This document shows, one piece after another, positions 25,809-37,643 of a DNA stretch of 64,000 nt (within the stretch, counting starts at the first letter, position 1; the number at the start of each line of letters is the position of its first letter). Source of the stretch: Macrostomum lignano (Eukaryota); the NCBI GenBank assembly GCA_002269645.1, contig NIVC01000230.1, positions 62,001 to 126,000 on the forward strand, in the 5' to 3' direction. The translations under genes were made by a program, and so were the position numbers. The notes under the pieces are model-generated. The model did not search any database and was not told where the DNA came from. It saw only the letters and a program-made list of their open reading frames with translations.

Positions 25809-26810
25809 TCCGCTGCGATATTAACTGATATAGTTGTGGGGTCGAATGACTTCTTGCAGAGCCGGACGGTAGGGTTCGATCTCTGCGGGAGGCTACTCAA
25901 CGGAAGGTTTTATTATTGGAATTCGATGTTACGCTGGCCTCTGTTCAACACACTTACGCTATTATTCTTCTTCAATTGTGTCTCCGTCCCCACCCGCTGG
26001 CCTATCTGCATCAATCCTGGCAGGGGGTCCGCTAGCGCCATTTACTCGTATTCGACAATTACAATTGTGTAACTGGCATGTTGTCGAATCTTGAGCCTGT
26101 ATTGCAGGGCCAATCATAGCTGATCATAGCTGTATTAGCACATTTTTACCATAAAGTCTGTAAGTTAAATTTCTAATAATATTTACCTCACAGCAATTAA
26201 AATAAACTGTCTGTATGATTGGAAAACAGTATGAAAGCAGCAGTTCGTGTACGTGTACATTTAACAGTACGTACAATAACGTTATCATGATTACATGTAC
26301 TTAAAGTCGTGCAGCTATAGATTATAAATAATTTTTATACGATTACCAATTAGATACATGCAGGATTAAATTTCATCACTAACAAATATATGCCGGCGGA
26401 CATCGGAATGATCGAGCGCCCTTTCAAGATCGACATATCTCGAGTGTGCATGAGTGCATGCTTAACTGACTGCCAGCAGGGCCATCAGCTGTGATCTTTA
26501 ATCCATTATTCTTACGCGCGTGAATGTTTTGAATCAGCTGGCAAATAATTGAAGACGGCAGATTTTTGCCTAAATTGTCTACATTAGTTTGGCACCGATT
26601 AGAATTCGGGCTCGAGATTCGTCATGGCTACTCGTACACATGTTATATATGCATGCTTATATGCATGGGAGATCATATTACATGTATCTTGTACAGGAAA
26701 TTCCCACCCCCTCCCTTAAATCCACCCGAGGGTTCTGGTTGGTGAAAATCCGATAGTTCATCCAAGGACTACTCAAGTGATGTTGAAGGATGGAAAACTA
26801 CGTTTCTTAG

Positions 26811-27100
26811 CAGGCGCGTCGCCACCGGGGGATGTCCCCCCCCCCCAGTAAAAGCTCTGGGGGGGGCATGCTGCGCCAAAATGAGTGTCTGCGGCGCCAA
26901 AATGAGTGCCTGCGGCGCCAAAATGAGTGCCTGCGGCGCAAAAAATGAGTGCCTGCGGCGCCAAAATGAGTGCCTGCGGCGCCAATGCAAAATGAGTGCC
27001 TGCGGCGCGAAAAAATGTGTGCCTGCGGCGCAAAAAATGAGTGCCTGCGGCGCCAAAATGAGTGCCTGCGGCGCCAAAATGAGTGCCTGCGGCGCCAAAA
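26811..27100 (-). mobile_element. Rearranged second copy of the 18696 hAT-like MITE with an expanded 21-bp array
   Basis: Starts CAGGCGCGTCGCCACC. CCCCCCCCCAGTAAAAGCT…GGGGGGCATGC matches the reverse complement of 18907-18942. GCCTGCGGCGCCAAAATGAGT is tandemly repeated at 26872-27100. Confidence 0.7.
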
Positions 27101-27400
27101 TAATTTTTATAAAGCTTTTCGTTCAGAAAATTAAGATTAAATGTAATTAACTTCTTTTTTACGTAATTGCATATCCTGCCTAAAAAACCATTAGAATTGC
27201 ACGTCTCGGTTCATTGGTTTTATGAATCTATTTAGCTGACTATTTAACAATATGTGTAGCAGCAGAAACGTAGTTTTCCGTCCTTCTAATTGAGTCGTCT
27301 TTGATCAAGTTCCTCTCGACCAGTTGTCGACAAATACAGTGGTGTCTCGAAATTTGGCTTCTGTATTAATTTAATGAGATTAATGAGATTAGTTTCTCAG

Positions 27401-27443
27401 GGGCCTGGAGCAAGCAGAAACAGTTTCTGCTTGCTCCAGGCCC
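27401..27443. repeat. Perfect 43-bp palindrome (21-bp arms, 1-nt loop)
   Basis: GGGCCTGGAGCAAGCAGAAAC-A-GTTTCTGCTTGCTCCAGGCCC. Confidence 0.9.
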
Positions 27444-28123
27444 TTTCTATCGCGAGTTTAAGAACTCTAGATATCAAAAAGTACAGCTGTGTTTTTAAGT
27501 TTGCTGGTTTATGCGAATTTGCACATGTTTGAAACTGCAGTTGTACAACAGATGTTGTATTGAAGCAAACGAAAAGCTGCAGGAAATCTCATTATAACAA
27601 TGATAACAAATTTTTTTATCAAGTTATACAATTTAAAGAAAGCAGTAAATTAAAAAACTTTAAATTTGCTTTTCTGTTTTATTTAATTAGAGGAAGTACT
27701 ACGTAGGCTACGTAGAGAATGCAGATTTTTTGAAAAATCGTTTTGCGGGAATTTCGTAGAAACGTGCCATATTATAGTTTGGGTGGCAGTTGCTATATTA
27801 TTATATCTGATAAGTGATAATCATTTTTTTAATTTTGGATAATATCGACTATCTTGCAAAATTTGCTAAAGCAACAACCAATCTGTAGGGCAAGCCATAG
27901 TTGTAAAAATCCAGTTTTCATCTTTGTCTTTATATCGCTTGTTGACTAGGCTAGGCCTAGAGTCTAGGGAGGCCCTAACCTAACTTGCTAATTATAAATA
28001 GGCCTAACTGATTCACTGATTGTTTAAGTTACATTTAATTATGCTGAATCCTGGATCTTATGTTGTATGATATCGAAACTAGGCCTATCGGCCAAGTACA
28101 TTGTTTGACATACATTGTTAGGC

Positions 28124-28858
28124 CCCATAGTCAGGAAGGTGGCAGTTTGGTCGGAAAATTCCGGCGCACACAAGCCCTTTTTGGGCACACAACGGCGCAC
28201 AGCGGCGCACAGCGGTGCGCCACAACAGCGCACAGCGGCGCACTGGCGCACAGCGGCGCACAACGGCGCACACCAGAGGACACCGGCGCATGGCGGCGCG
28301 GCGCGGCGGGCGGCGCGGCGCGACGGGCGCCGCGCCACATGCAGCGTTACCCTTGTGGCGATCCCATGTAACGATGTAAGTCGTTACTTGTTACAGTACA
28401 CTATTCACTGTTCTATCTAATGTAACACTGCATTCTACCAAAAAATAAAAAATAAAATAAAATATTTTCCTTTTCCTTTTTACCTTTGTTTTTGCCATTT
28501 GCTTACTTTTTATGTTTGTTTTGTTTTAAAAATTAGAAATTAAATTAAAAATTTTTTAAATTTCTATTTTCGGTTTAACGATCTCAATTTCTCATAATAT
28601 AGATAGCCCGTAACCGTCCCGTATTAACCATTATATTCTCTTGTCTCGTGACTCGACTCTCGTGTAACGTTTATTGAAAATATTGGCGCACAAAAATTGT
28701 TGCTATGTTGTAAAAAAAGGTATTTTATTGTCGCAAGGCAGGTAGTGGCGGGCGCACAACGGCGCACACGAGGGTTTTTGTGTCGGCGCACGGCGCACAA
28801 TTTTGGGAGAGGCCAAAATTTGTTCCGGCGCACACTCTGCCACCTTCCTGACTATGGG
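28124..28858. mobile_element. 735-bp non-autonomous DNA transposon, perfect 22-bp TIR, 6-bp TSD
   Basis: TIR CCCATAGTCAGGAAGGTGGCAG / CTGCCACCTTCCTGACTATGGG. TTAGGC lies on both sides (28118-28123, 28859-28864). Subterminal CGGCGCAC repeats at both ends. Confidence 0.85.
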
Positions 28859-30636
28859 TTAGGCCTACTGTAGCCGTGTAGGGGGTAGGCCTAAATTATG
28901 AAATTAAATCAACACAATGTATTTCAAAACTATATTGCTGGCCTACATGCGCTTGACACATTCTTGAGTGTCAGTGTAACTATTAGGGTATAACATTATA
29001 CATTAACAATTGGATCCTAGCCTAACAATAGTTCTTGGTTCAAGATAGTTCAACTAGGATCTAGACTATAGAAAGCTAGTAAATAGGCCTAGGCCTATTC
29101 AAAGCAGCAAAAATACAAAAAATGCTAGCAGTAGGCCTAGCAGACAAAAAAAGCAGCAGATGTAATGCCTGCACACTTTGTTTTGCATTATTTTAAATAA
29201 GTTAGTTGCTAAAACTGGAAATTTATTTCTTTAGGCCTATATATATATAGCTTCTAAGATACTAAGTTATAGATAGTGTTCCGCCATAGCTGTAGCCCAT
29301 TTTGCGGATGGTATGGTGTATGCCTAAAAATTCTGGCATATACTTGATTTCCGTGGCATACACCAGCATACATTTCTTACCTGTGTACAGTGTGGCATAC
29401 AGTGTGGTGTATGGCGACTGGCGTAGAAATTAATATAAAGAATTTTTTCATGCTTTTTTCTGTGTTAAGTTATTTCAAAAACCATTTTTTCTGCTACTAT
29501 TTTCTCATTTACCAATCATTTTAATTACCGGAATTGTCACGACAATTGTCATATTGTTATAAATTTTTATAGTTTAAATTTAAATTAAAATATTTGTTTA
29601 TTTTTTTACTGTTTTTTATGTTGGCATACATTTAAAATCTGTTGGCGTACAATTGAAAATTCAATAAAAATGTGTCCGGCGTACACAGAAAACCTTCTGC
29701 AATATGGGTTGTAGCTATAGCTATGGTGCCTATGGCACCTAAGTAAAATAGGTGCCTATGGCAGCTATGGATATGCCTACGATAGCTAGCTGCTCTTATG
29801 GCTACGACTACGGAAATATAGTAGTTGTTGTCACATTCTGTAGATTCCCATAACCATAGTTATTAATGTTAAAAATTAACAAAATATTAGAAACAGGTAA
29901 AGTAAAACAAAGATACTTTTATTAAACTGTATTATCAACTTAGAAACATGTAAAATATACCTAAAAAGTACATTAAAACACTAGCAAATTCTAATTTTTA
30001 TTAATGTGAAAAAGTTCAGCATTAGTACTTTCAATAACAATTAAGTATTGTTGCTCTGAAAAAAAGACGAAATATAATCTTACAAGGGCAATCAAGTATT
30101 TCTTTTATTTTCTAACTTAATTTGCAGTTGTTTAAGCACCAGGTTATCTTCTTGATTCAAAATATTTTGTTTTCTAGACCTTTTGTTAAAACTATGGCTA
30201 TAGCTATGGGAACTATGGGAATATAGTAATATTGGGGTTGGGGTCCCTACGGCTACAGAATATGGAGAATTAGAATAAGCCATAGTTTTGCTTACGGCTA
30301 CAGCTATGGTACATGGACCCTCCTTACAGTGGAACACTAGTTATAAATATACTATTATTTTGCTTTATTTATACAGAATAGGTCAATGGGCTCAATATCA
30401 TAATGGGTTATACCAAATTTGTCAATAGTTAAAACAAGCTAAGCAAATTCATTAACAACAAGACAAGACTTATTTAAAGTTATTTCTTAATGCAATAATG
30501 TAACTTTTTGTAATTCAATGATTAAACTATTGCTAAAGACTTTAACATGATTTCATGAATGTATAATTCTAGATGCTACTGTATATTATATGACTCAAAA
30601 TTGAACAAATTGGGCAATCAATACTATGTATACTAC

Positions 30637-31105
30637 ACTCCAGATCATGTAGTATATGCCCAAAAATTTGGGCGTGCATTGGCCTTGCATGCCAAAATTA
30701 GGCATGCAGAGTTGGCATGCATCACTCCCAAGAAAATAGTATATGTGCACACCTGGCATAACTTTATAAAATCACGCGTAAGAGTTATTGTAAAATAGAA
30801 AAAATAAAATCTTCATTTTAAGTGTAAATTTCAAGCTTTCCAGTTTTTTTAAGCTTGTAAAAATATTTAAACTAATATTTGTGTGTATCAATTTTCTGCT
30901 ATAAATGAAATTGCCAAAAAAGCATAAAAATTAACCAAATTAGTTGCTAATAAGGGTCTATTATGCAGTTTAAAACAATCATTTATTGTTGCAATGTAAA
31001 AAAGGTCATGGGCATATTTTGAGAATGGGCATGCAAAAAATTTTTTGGCATGCATTTGTTATTATTCAATTTTTGTTTGGGCGTGCACCCATCATGATCT
31101 AGACT
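30637..31105. mobile_element. ~470-bp MITE (copy A)
   Basis: Ends ACTCCAGATCATG / CATGATCTAGACT. Full-length inverted homology with 36747-37209. Confidence 0.7.
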
Positions 31106-32069
31106 ATGGTATGTATATAATACCATATTGTACAAAGGCCTAGTTAGAGTTTCCTAATGCAAGTATATCAAGAGTTAGTCTATCGGGGTATATTAGTTTA
31201 TTTGCTGCATAGGCCTATGCTTTATTATACTTTATTGCATCTTCGACTGAAGCAGGTCATTTTAATTCAAATTTAATTTCAATTTTTGTTTATCTCCTTA
31301 ACCATTAACAAGGTTTTGTTGGAGTTTGACTTTAAGTTTCAAAATGTATACAAAAATAGTTCCAGTAAATTTATTTGCGGGTTAAAAATCTATGGGTTTT
31401 AACAGCTTATAAAAAATAAAAATAAAATAATAACTATTCACCTTTATAATTGTATATGTATCTAGTATATTATCAGGTAACCAAATTTGTCAATAATGCA
31501 TAGTAAGATAAACCATGAAATTAGATGTTGACAAATTTGGTGGCACTTATTATAACAGTCTATGGCCTATGGGCTTCTATATTTATAATATATTGGATAA
31601 AACAGGCATTTCTAGCAGTTTTTGAAGCCTTCTATGAAATAAAGTAATTGAAGTATTATATAATGGTACTATAGCAATGTGGCTAAAACTTAAATTTAGG
31701 TTGCTCTAAATTATTCAAAGGTCTTTTTATACCTCTGCATACATGGCTTTTAGAAATTCTATAGTTTTATCCAAGTTTTATCTTTTCTGTTTCACCCAAT
31801 ATACTATCTTTGTCTTATTTATATATAGGGATGCTTATATTAATAGAATAGGCCTAAAATTTAAAAAGTATTGTGTTTATCTAATATCAATAATAAAAAA
31901 TCCTATCAAATGATAGCAAAAATATTGAAAATATTGGTATCCTATATATATAAGTACACAATAATAAAACACAAGTTTTCTAACAAAGCTAGGCCTATAA
32001 CATGATAAATTTTATTTTATTTTATTTAACCTATATTTTATTAACTTTTAAATACAAAATAGCAAAGTA

Positions 32070-34831
32070 CTAGCAATCTTCGCCCCCCGTTGGGGGACAT
32101 CCGTATAGAATCTCTGTTCTCTACAAGTAATAAGAAGATAGCCAAATAAAGCTTTCACAAAGAAAACAGACAAACTACTCAAATGAAGTGCAATGCAAAA
32201 AGAAATCATCCCAAGACAGCAAGCATCACCCAGATTGCAAGCATCCCCCGGATAGCAAGCATCCCCAGATAGCAAGCATCACCCAAATAGCAAGCATCCC
32301 TCAGATAGCAAGCATCCCCAGATAGCAAGCATCCCCCAGATAGCAAGCATCCCCAGATAGCAAGCATCCCCCAGATAGCAAGCATCCCCCAGATAGCAAG
32401 CATCCCCCAGATAGCAAGCATCCCCAGATAGCAAGCATCCCCTAGATAGCAAGCATCCCCCAGATAGCAAGCATCCCCAGATAGCAAGCATCCCCCAGAT
32501 TGCAAGCATCCCCCAGATAGCAAGCATCCCCAGATAGCAAGCATCCCCCAGATAGCAAGCATCCCCAGATAGCAAGCATCCCCAGATAGCAAGCATCCCC
32601 CAGATAGCAAGCATCCCCCAGATAGCAAGCATCCCCAGATAGCAAGCATCCCCCAGATTGCAAGCATCCCCCAGATAGCAAGCATCCCCCAGATAGCAAG
32701 CATCCCCAGATAGCAAGCATCCCCCAGATTGCAAGCATCCCCCAGATAGCAAGCATCCCCCAGACAATAAGTAGCTAGTGCGACATTTCCTTAGCATTAT
32801 AGTGGCTCCTTTAAAATTCGCTCACTTTTACGTTTGAAATTGTGTATCTTTTATGTTTGACATGGTGGCTCTTTTATGTTTGAAATGAAGTCACTTATAT
32901 GTTTGACATGGTGAATCTTTTAAATGTTTTACAGGTTGGCTCTTTAATTTTCAACATGGTGGCTCTTTTATGTTCAACATAGTGGCTCCTTTATGTTCGA
33001 CATGGTGGCTCTTTTATATTAGACATGGTGGCTCTTTTATGTTCTACATGGTGGTTCTTTTATGTTCGACATGGTGGCTCTCTAATGTTTGACATGGTGG
33101 CTCCTTAATGTTTGACATAGTGGCTCTTTAATATTCAACAAAGTGGCTCTTTAATGTTTGACATAATGACTTTTTAATGTTCAAAATGGTGGCTCTTTAA
33201 TGTTTGACATGGTGGCTCTTTAATGTTTGACATGGTGGCTCTTTAATGTTCAACATAGGGGCTCTTTAATGTTCGACACGATGGCACTTTAATGTTTGAC
33301 ATGGTGGCTCTTTAATGTTTGACATGGTAGCTCTTTAATGTTCGACACGATGGCACTTTAATGTTTGACATGGTGGTTCTTTAATGTTCGACATGGTGGC
33401 TCTTTAATGTTCGAAATGTTTTTTTTGTTTTACAGTGGCTCTTTAATGTTCAACATGGTGGCTCTTTTTTGTTTGAAATAAAGTCTCTTATATGTTTGAC
33501 ATGGTGGCTCTTAAATGTTCGGCATGATGGCTCTTTAATGTTCGACATGAAGTCACGTATATGTTTGATATAGAGTCACATATATGTTTTACATAGTGGC
33601 TCTTTTATGTTTAACATGGTGGCTCTTTTATGTTTGAAATGGTGGCTCTTTAATGTTTGACATGGTGGCTCTTTAATGTTTGACATAGTGGCTCCTTTAT
33701 GTTTGACATGGTGGCTCTTTTATATTAGACATGGTGGCTCTTTAATGTTTGACATGGTGGCTCTTTACTGTTTGACATAGTGGCTCTTTAATATTCAACA
33801 AAGTGGCTCTTTAATGTTTGACATGGTGGCTCTTTAATGTTTGACATGGTGGCTCTTTAATGTTTGACATGGTGGCTCTTTAATGTTCAACATAGTGGCT
33901 CTTTAATGTTCGACACGATGGCACTTTAATGTTTGACATGGGGGCTCTTTAATGTTTGACATGGTGGCTCCATTATGTTTACATGGTGGCTCTTTAATTT
34001 TTGACATTGTGGCCCTTTAATGTTCGACATGGTGGTTCTTTAATGTTCGACATGGAGTCACATATATGCTCGACATGGTGGCTCTTTAATGTTTGACATT
34101 GTGGCCTTTTAATGTTCGACATGGTGGCTCTTTGATGTTTGACATGGTGGCTCTTTAATGTTCGACATGGTGGCTCTTTAATTTTTGACATTGTGGCTCT
34201 TTAATGTTCGACATGGAGTCGCGTATATGCTTGGCATGGTGGCCCTTTTATGTTTAGCATTTTGTGTTTTGAAGGTGTTTTAACAAAAAAATTATTTTGC
34301 TCTACTAAGATTCGAACCCAGGTCACTACATTACCAGTCCAATCTGCTCGCATCTAGGCTATCTCTTTTTAATCTGAGAACATGAACTGTGGCCCTTTGA
34401 ATTCAATTCTTACAGCAAGTCAATTGGAGTAAAAAGTTATGACATAATCAATTTCTCGGTCAGCCAGTATCAGTCCCAATTTAAGTTAGCAATATGGTTA
34501 CGCAATTTCTATCAAGTAGTGTGTGCAATTCTTTGACACTGTTTTCAACTTTTTGTGATGCAATCTTTATCACAATCGGAATTCAGCCAGTCAGTTTTTT
34601 CTCTAGCATTCTTACAATGCATTTCAAGTCAAAAATTTGGCTTGACCTTTGCATAAAAGCATGTTTTTCGAATATTTAATCCCTTTAACATTGAGCAATT
34701 TCTTAGCCAAGAAGCATGTACCGTCCCAGGAAAATTTCTGATCGAATGGTGCAAGTTTGAAGAAAATCGATTGAGCCGTTTTTCTGAAATCCATCTCACA
34801 GAGACACACATTTCATTTTTAGTATATAGGA
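32070..34831 (-). mobile_element. Complete non-autonomous Helitron (family A, copy 2), 2762 bp
   Basis: The minus strand reads A|TCCTATATACTAAAAATGAAATGTG… (5' TC at 34831) and ends with hairpin GTCCCCCAACGGGGGGCG, AAGATTG, CTAG|T (32070). Insertion between A and T without a TSD is the Helitron signature. Internal 23-bp (32800-34260) and 17-bp (32215-32765) arrays. Confidence 0.85.
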
Positions 34832-35172
34832 TATTAATTAGTTTATTTACTAAAATGCTTATTAGAAATATAGTTTGAAAAGCTAATTTGAATGCTAGTT
34901 TTATTTGTATTTGTCTTTTTTGTTAGCTTTCTTATTGGATTTACTATTTGTAATTTTCAACTAAATCATTTTTGGCCTTAACCTATTTGACCTACCCTGA
35001 ATTATCATTTTATAGAAAAGAAAAGAAAGAGAATATCAAAATTTATTTAAGCAAAATATTGCTGCACATTTATACGTGTATAATTGCTTATAAAAATTGA
35101 AATTTAAAAAAATTATTTATTTAAAAATTGATATATATACAGAATGAAAAAGTTGCTGTAGTTTCTGTAGTT

Positions 35173-35959
35173 GGCTCATTCCATATAAGCATGGTCGTAA
35201 CATGACAGGTTATTTTTACTTATAAAATGAAATCTAATAATAGAATATACTAAACCAATATTTTAAATGAAAGATTATTTTGTCTAGAATATATTTATAG
35301 AGTTTCATATAGATATCATCATTAGTATAGATGCTATTAAACCTTAAATGACACTTATGGTCGTAACGACAGGATTTTTGACATATAGAAACTAAAAGGT
35401 AAAAGTCTTATAACATTTTTCATTTTTGATATTTTGCAATACATTTTTAAAATTTGACTAAGAACATCTTTAGAAATCATAACTCTTTTATTAGAATATA
35501 TAAACTCAAAAGGCAACAAAGATACAAAAGAAAAGGCAGCCTTATGGTCGTAACATTATGGTCGTAACATATTTTTTTCTGTCAATTCAGTAACTTTGAG
35601 GTACTAATACATTAAAAATATAATAGATTATTTGGTCACCAATGCTTTTATCTGATGATGCAAGTACTATACTTTTATCTATAGTTTGTTTCAACCTTCA
35701 AAAGCTTTCTATTTGTTTTTAAAAGGTACAAAATCTTAATGATGTCTTTTGCTTCGAAAAATGTCCAAATTTTTACAAAAATGACTTTTTGCCAATTGAT
35801 AACATACTAATCCAACATTTTACCATTCCTTTATTCTAAGATTGTATATATTGCACAATATAAACATTTGGTAAAAAAATAGGCTAATTAGGCAATGGCA
35901 AGCAAAAATATTGACTTTTTTCTATTTTCCAAATATGTCCATCTTATATGGAATGAGCC
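35173..35959. mobile_element. 787-bp MITE, 17-bp perfect TIR, 4-bp TSD (superfamily unassigned; Sola-like TSD length)
   Basis: GGCTCATTCCATATAAG (35173-35189) / CTTATATGGAATGAGCC (35943-35959), with AGTT on both sides. Internal repeated ATGGTCGTAAC motif. Confidence 0.8.
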
Positions 35960-36746
35960 AGTTGCTATATATTTAGTTCTAAAGTAGTAACTACTTTTAG
36001 ATCTCTAGGCTCTTGGTCCATTTAAAAATCAGCATATATTTGAATGACTATTTGCCTTTTAAAGGTAATTTGTGTTTTAATTTAATAAAATTGATAAACA
36101 AATATATAGATTCCTATAGAATATTTATATCTATTATTATAACTTACAAGTATATTAGCAATAGCTTATATTTTGCTCTACCTTGTCCCAAAAAGGCTTT
36201 TAATCAGTCAGTTTAATTGAAGTACATTTACTATGACTATGTAAAAAAGTGTTTATAACTCAAAAATTAAATAAAATGTAGGCATTGAAATAGGAGCATA
36301 AATGTTGATATTACTAATATAAACAAAATAAATGACAATATACATCAATATTATGGATCTATAGATAAAATTAGCAAGAAATGCATTAGTTACAAGTTTT
36401 ACAACAATTCTATAGTTTTCCAACTGATTTCAACAGTTATTAAAAGCAAGGAGGCTCCATAAATTTCATTGTCATGACTATAAAAAATATTTAGAAGCTT
36501 GATTTGTATTGTAGCTTTTCAATTTTTTGGCTACCTTTTTTGTATGCCATACTTAAAATGGGTGAAAAGGAAGGACCAATAGGATTGAGTTGGAGAAGAT
36601 GGTTGTCAACCTTAATTTTCATACTGGGCAATTTGTCAATCCCTGCAGCTTCTAACCTTCTTCCCTTAGTTTGACTTTGGTATTATTTTGAACTTGTTCA
36701 ATAGCAAAGGTGACAAAATTTTCAATTGAGTTGTTAGAAGTGAGAA

Positions 36747-37209
36747 ATCTGGATCATGCTGGGTCCATGCCCAAACAAAATTGAATAATTAGAAATGCAT
36801 GCTAAAAAAATTGAGTGCATGCATTATTCTTTAAACTACGCTGGTGTTGCAACAATAAATGACCTTTTATAAATTGCATAATGGACTGTTTTTGGCAGAT
36901 AATTTGGTTAATTTTTCTGCTTATTCCACAATACTATTCACAATGGAAAATCGATACACAAAAAATTGTTTCAATGCTTTATTACAAGCTTATAAAACCT
37001 GGAAAACTTGAAATATATGCTTAAAATGAACATTTTTTAATCTTTTTTTACTTCACAATAATTTCAACTTCAATTCTACTTCTACTTAGTAGTGTATACA
37101 CATACACTATTTTCTTTGGAGTGATACACTTAACTGTGCATGCCTACTTTTGGCAGGCAAGGCAAATGCATGCCCAAATTTTTGGGGGTATACTACATGA
37201 TCTGGAGTG
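36747..37209. mobile_element. ~465-bp MITE (copy B, inverted relative to 30637-31105)
   Basis: Ends TCTGGATCATG / CATGATCTGGAGT. The reverse complement of 37090-37209 aligns with 30637-30760. Confidence 0.7.
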
Positions 37210-37643
37210 TGGGTAAGAAAGTGTATTAGCCCTCTTACAAGCGTGTATAGCTATTCTCTTCATCATTAAACTGTTACAGACTGTCTAAAATTGTGCTAAC
37301 AGATAGCAAATAGTTTAAGCTTTTATTTAAGTCATCACATTTAAACTAATCTTTTAAACAATCATATAAAACTATAAAAGACCTTGTTATCTTAATTGGA
37401 AGACAAATTTTGATTTTTGTAACTAGGCATGTTGAAAATGTTTTTACCTATGCTTAATTCTCGAGTCTTAATCCCAATCATGAAAGACAAGTCTTTAGCA
37501 TAAATAATGTTTCTACATTTTGTCATAAGTCATTCTAGTCATTTTAGTTGTCTTATTTTTAATAGAAAGCAGTCAGTACTTTACAAACTTGTCTGCTTTC
37601 TACTCTAGTATTTTCTAACTTGCACTTTGTTGAAATTTTTCAG

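Noticed and set aside
29700-30320. CTATAG/CTATGG-rich degenerate inverted repeat
   Set aside because: Too decayed to define ends or a TSD by eye.
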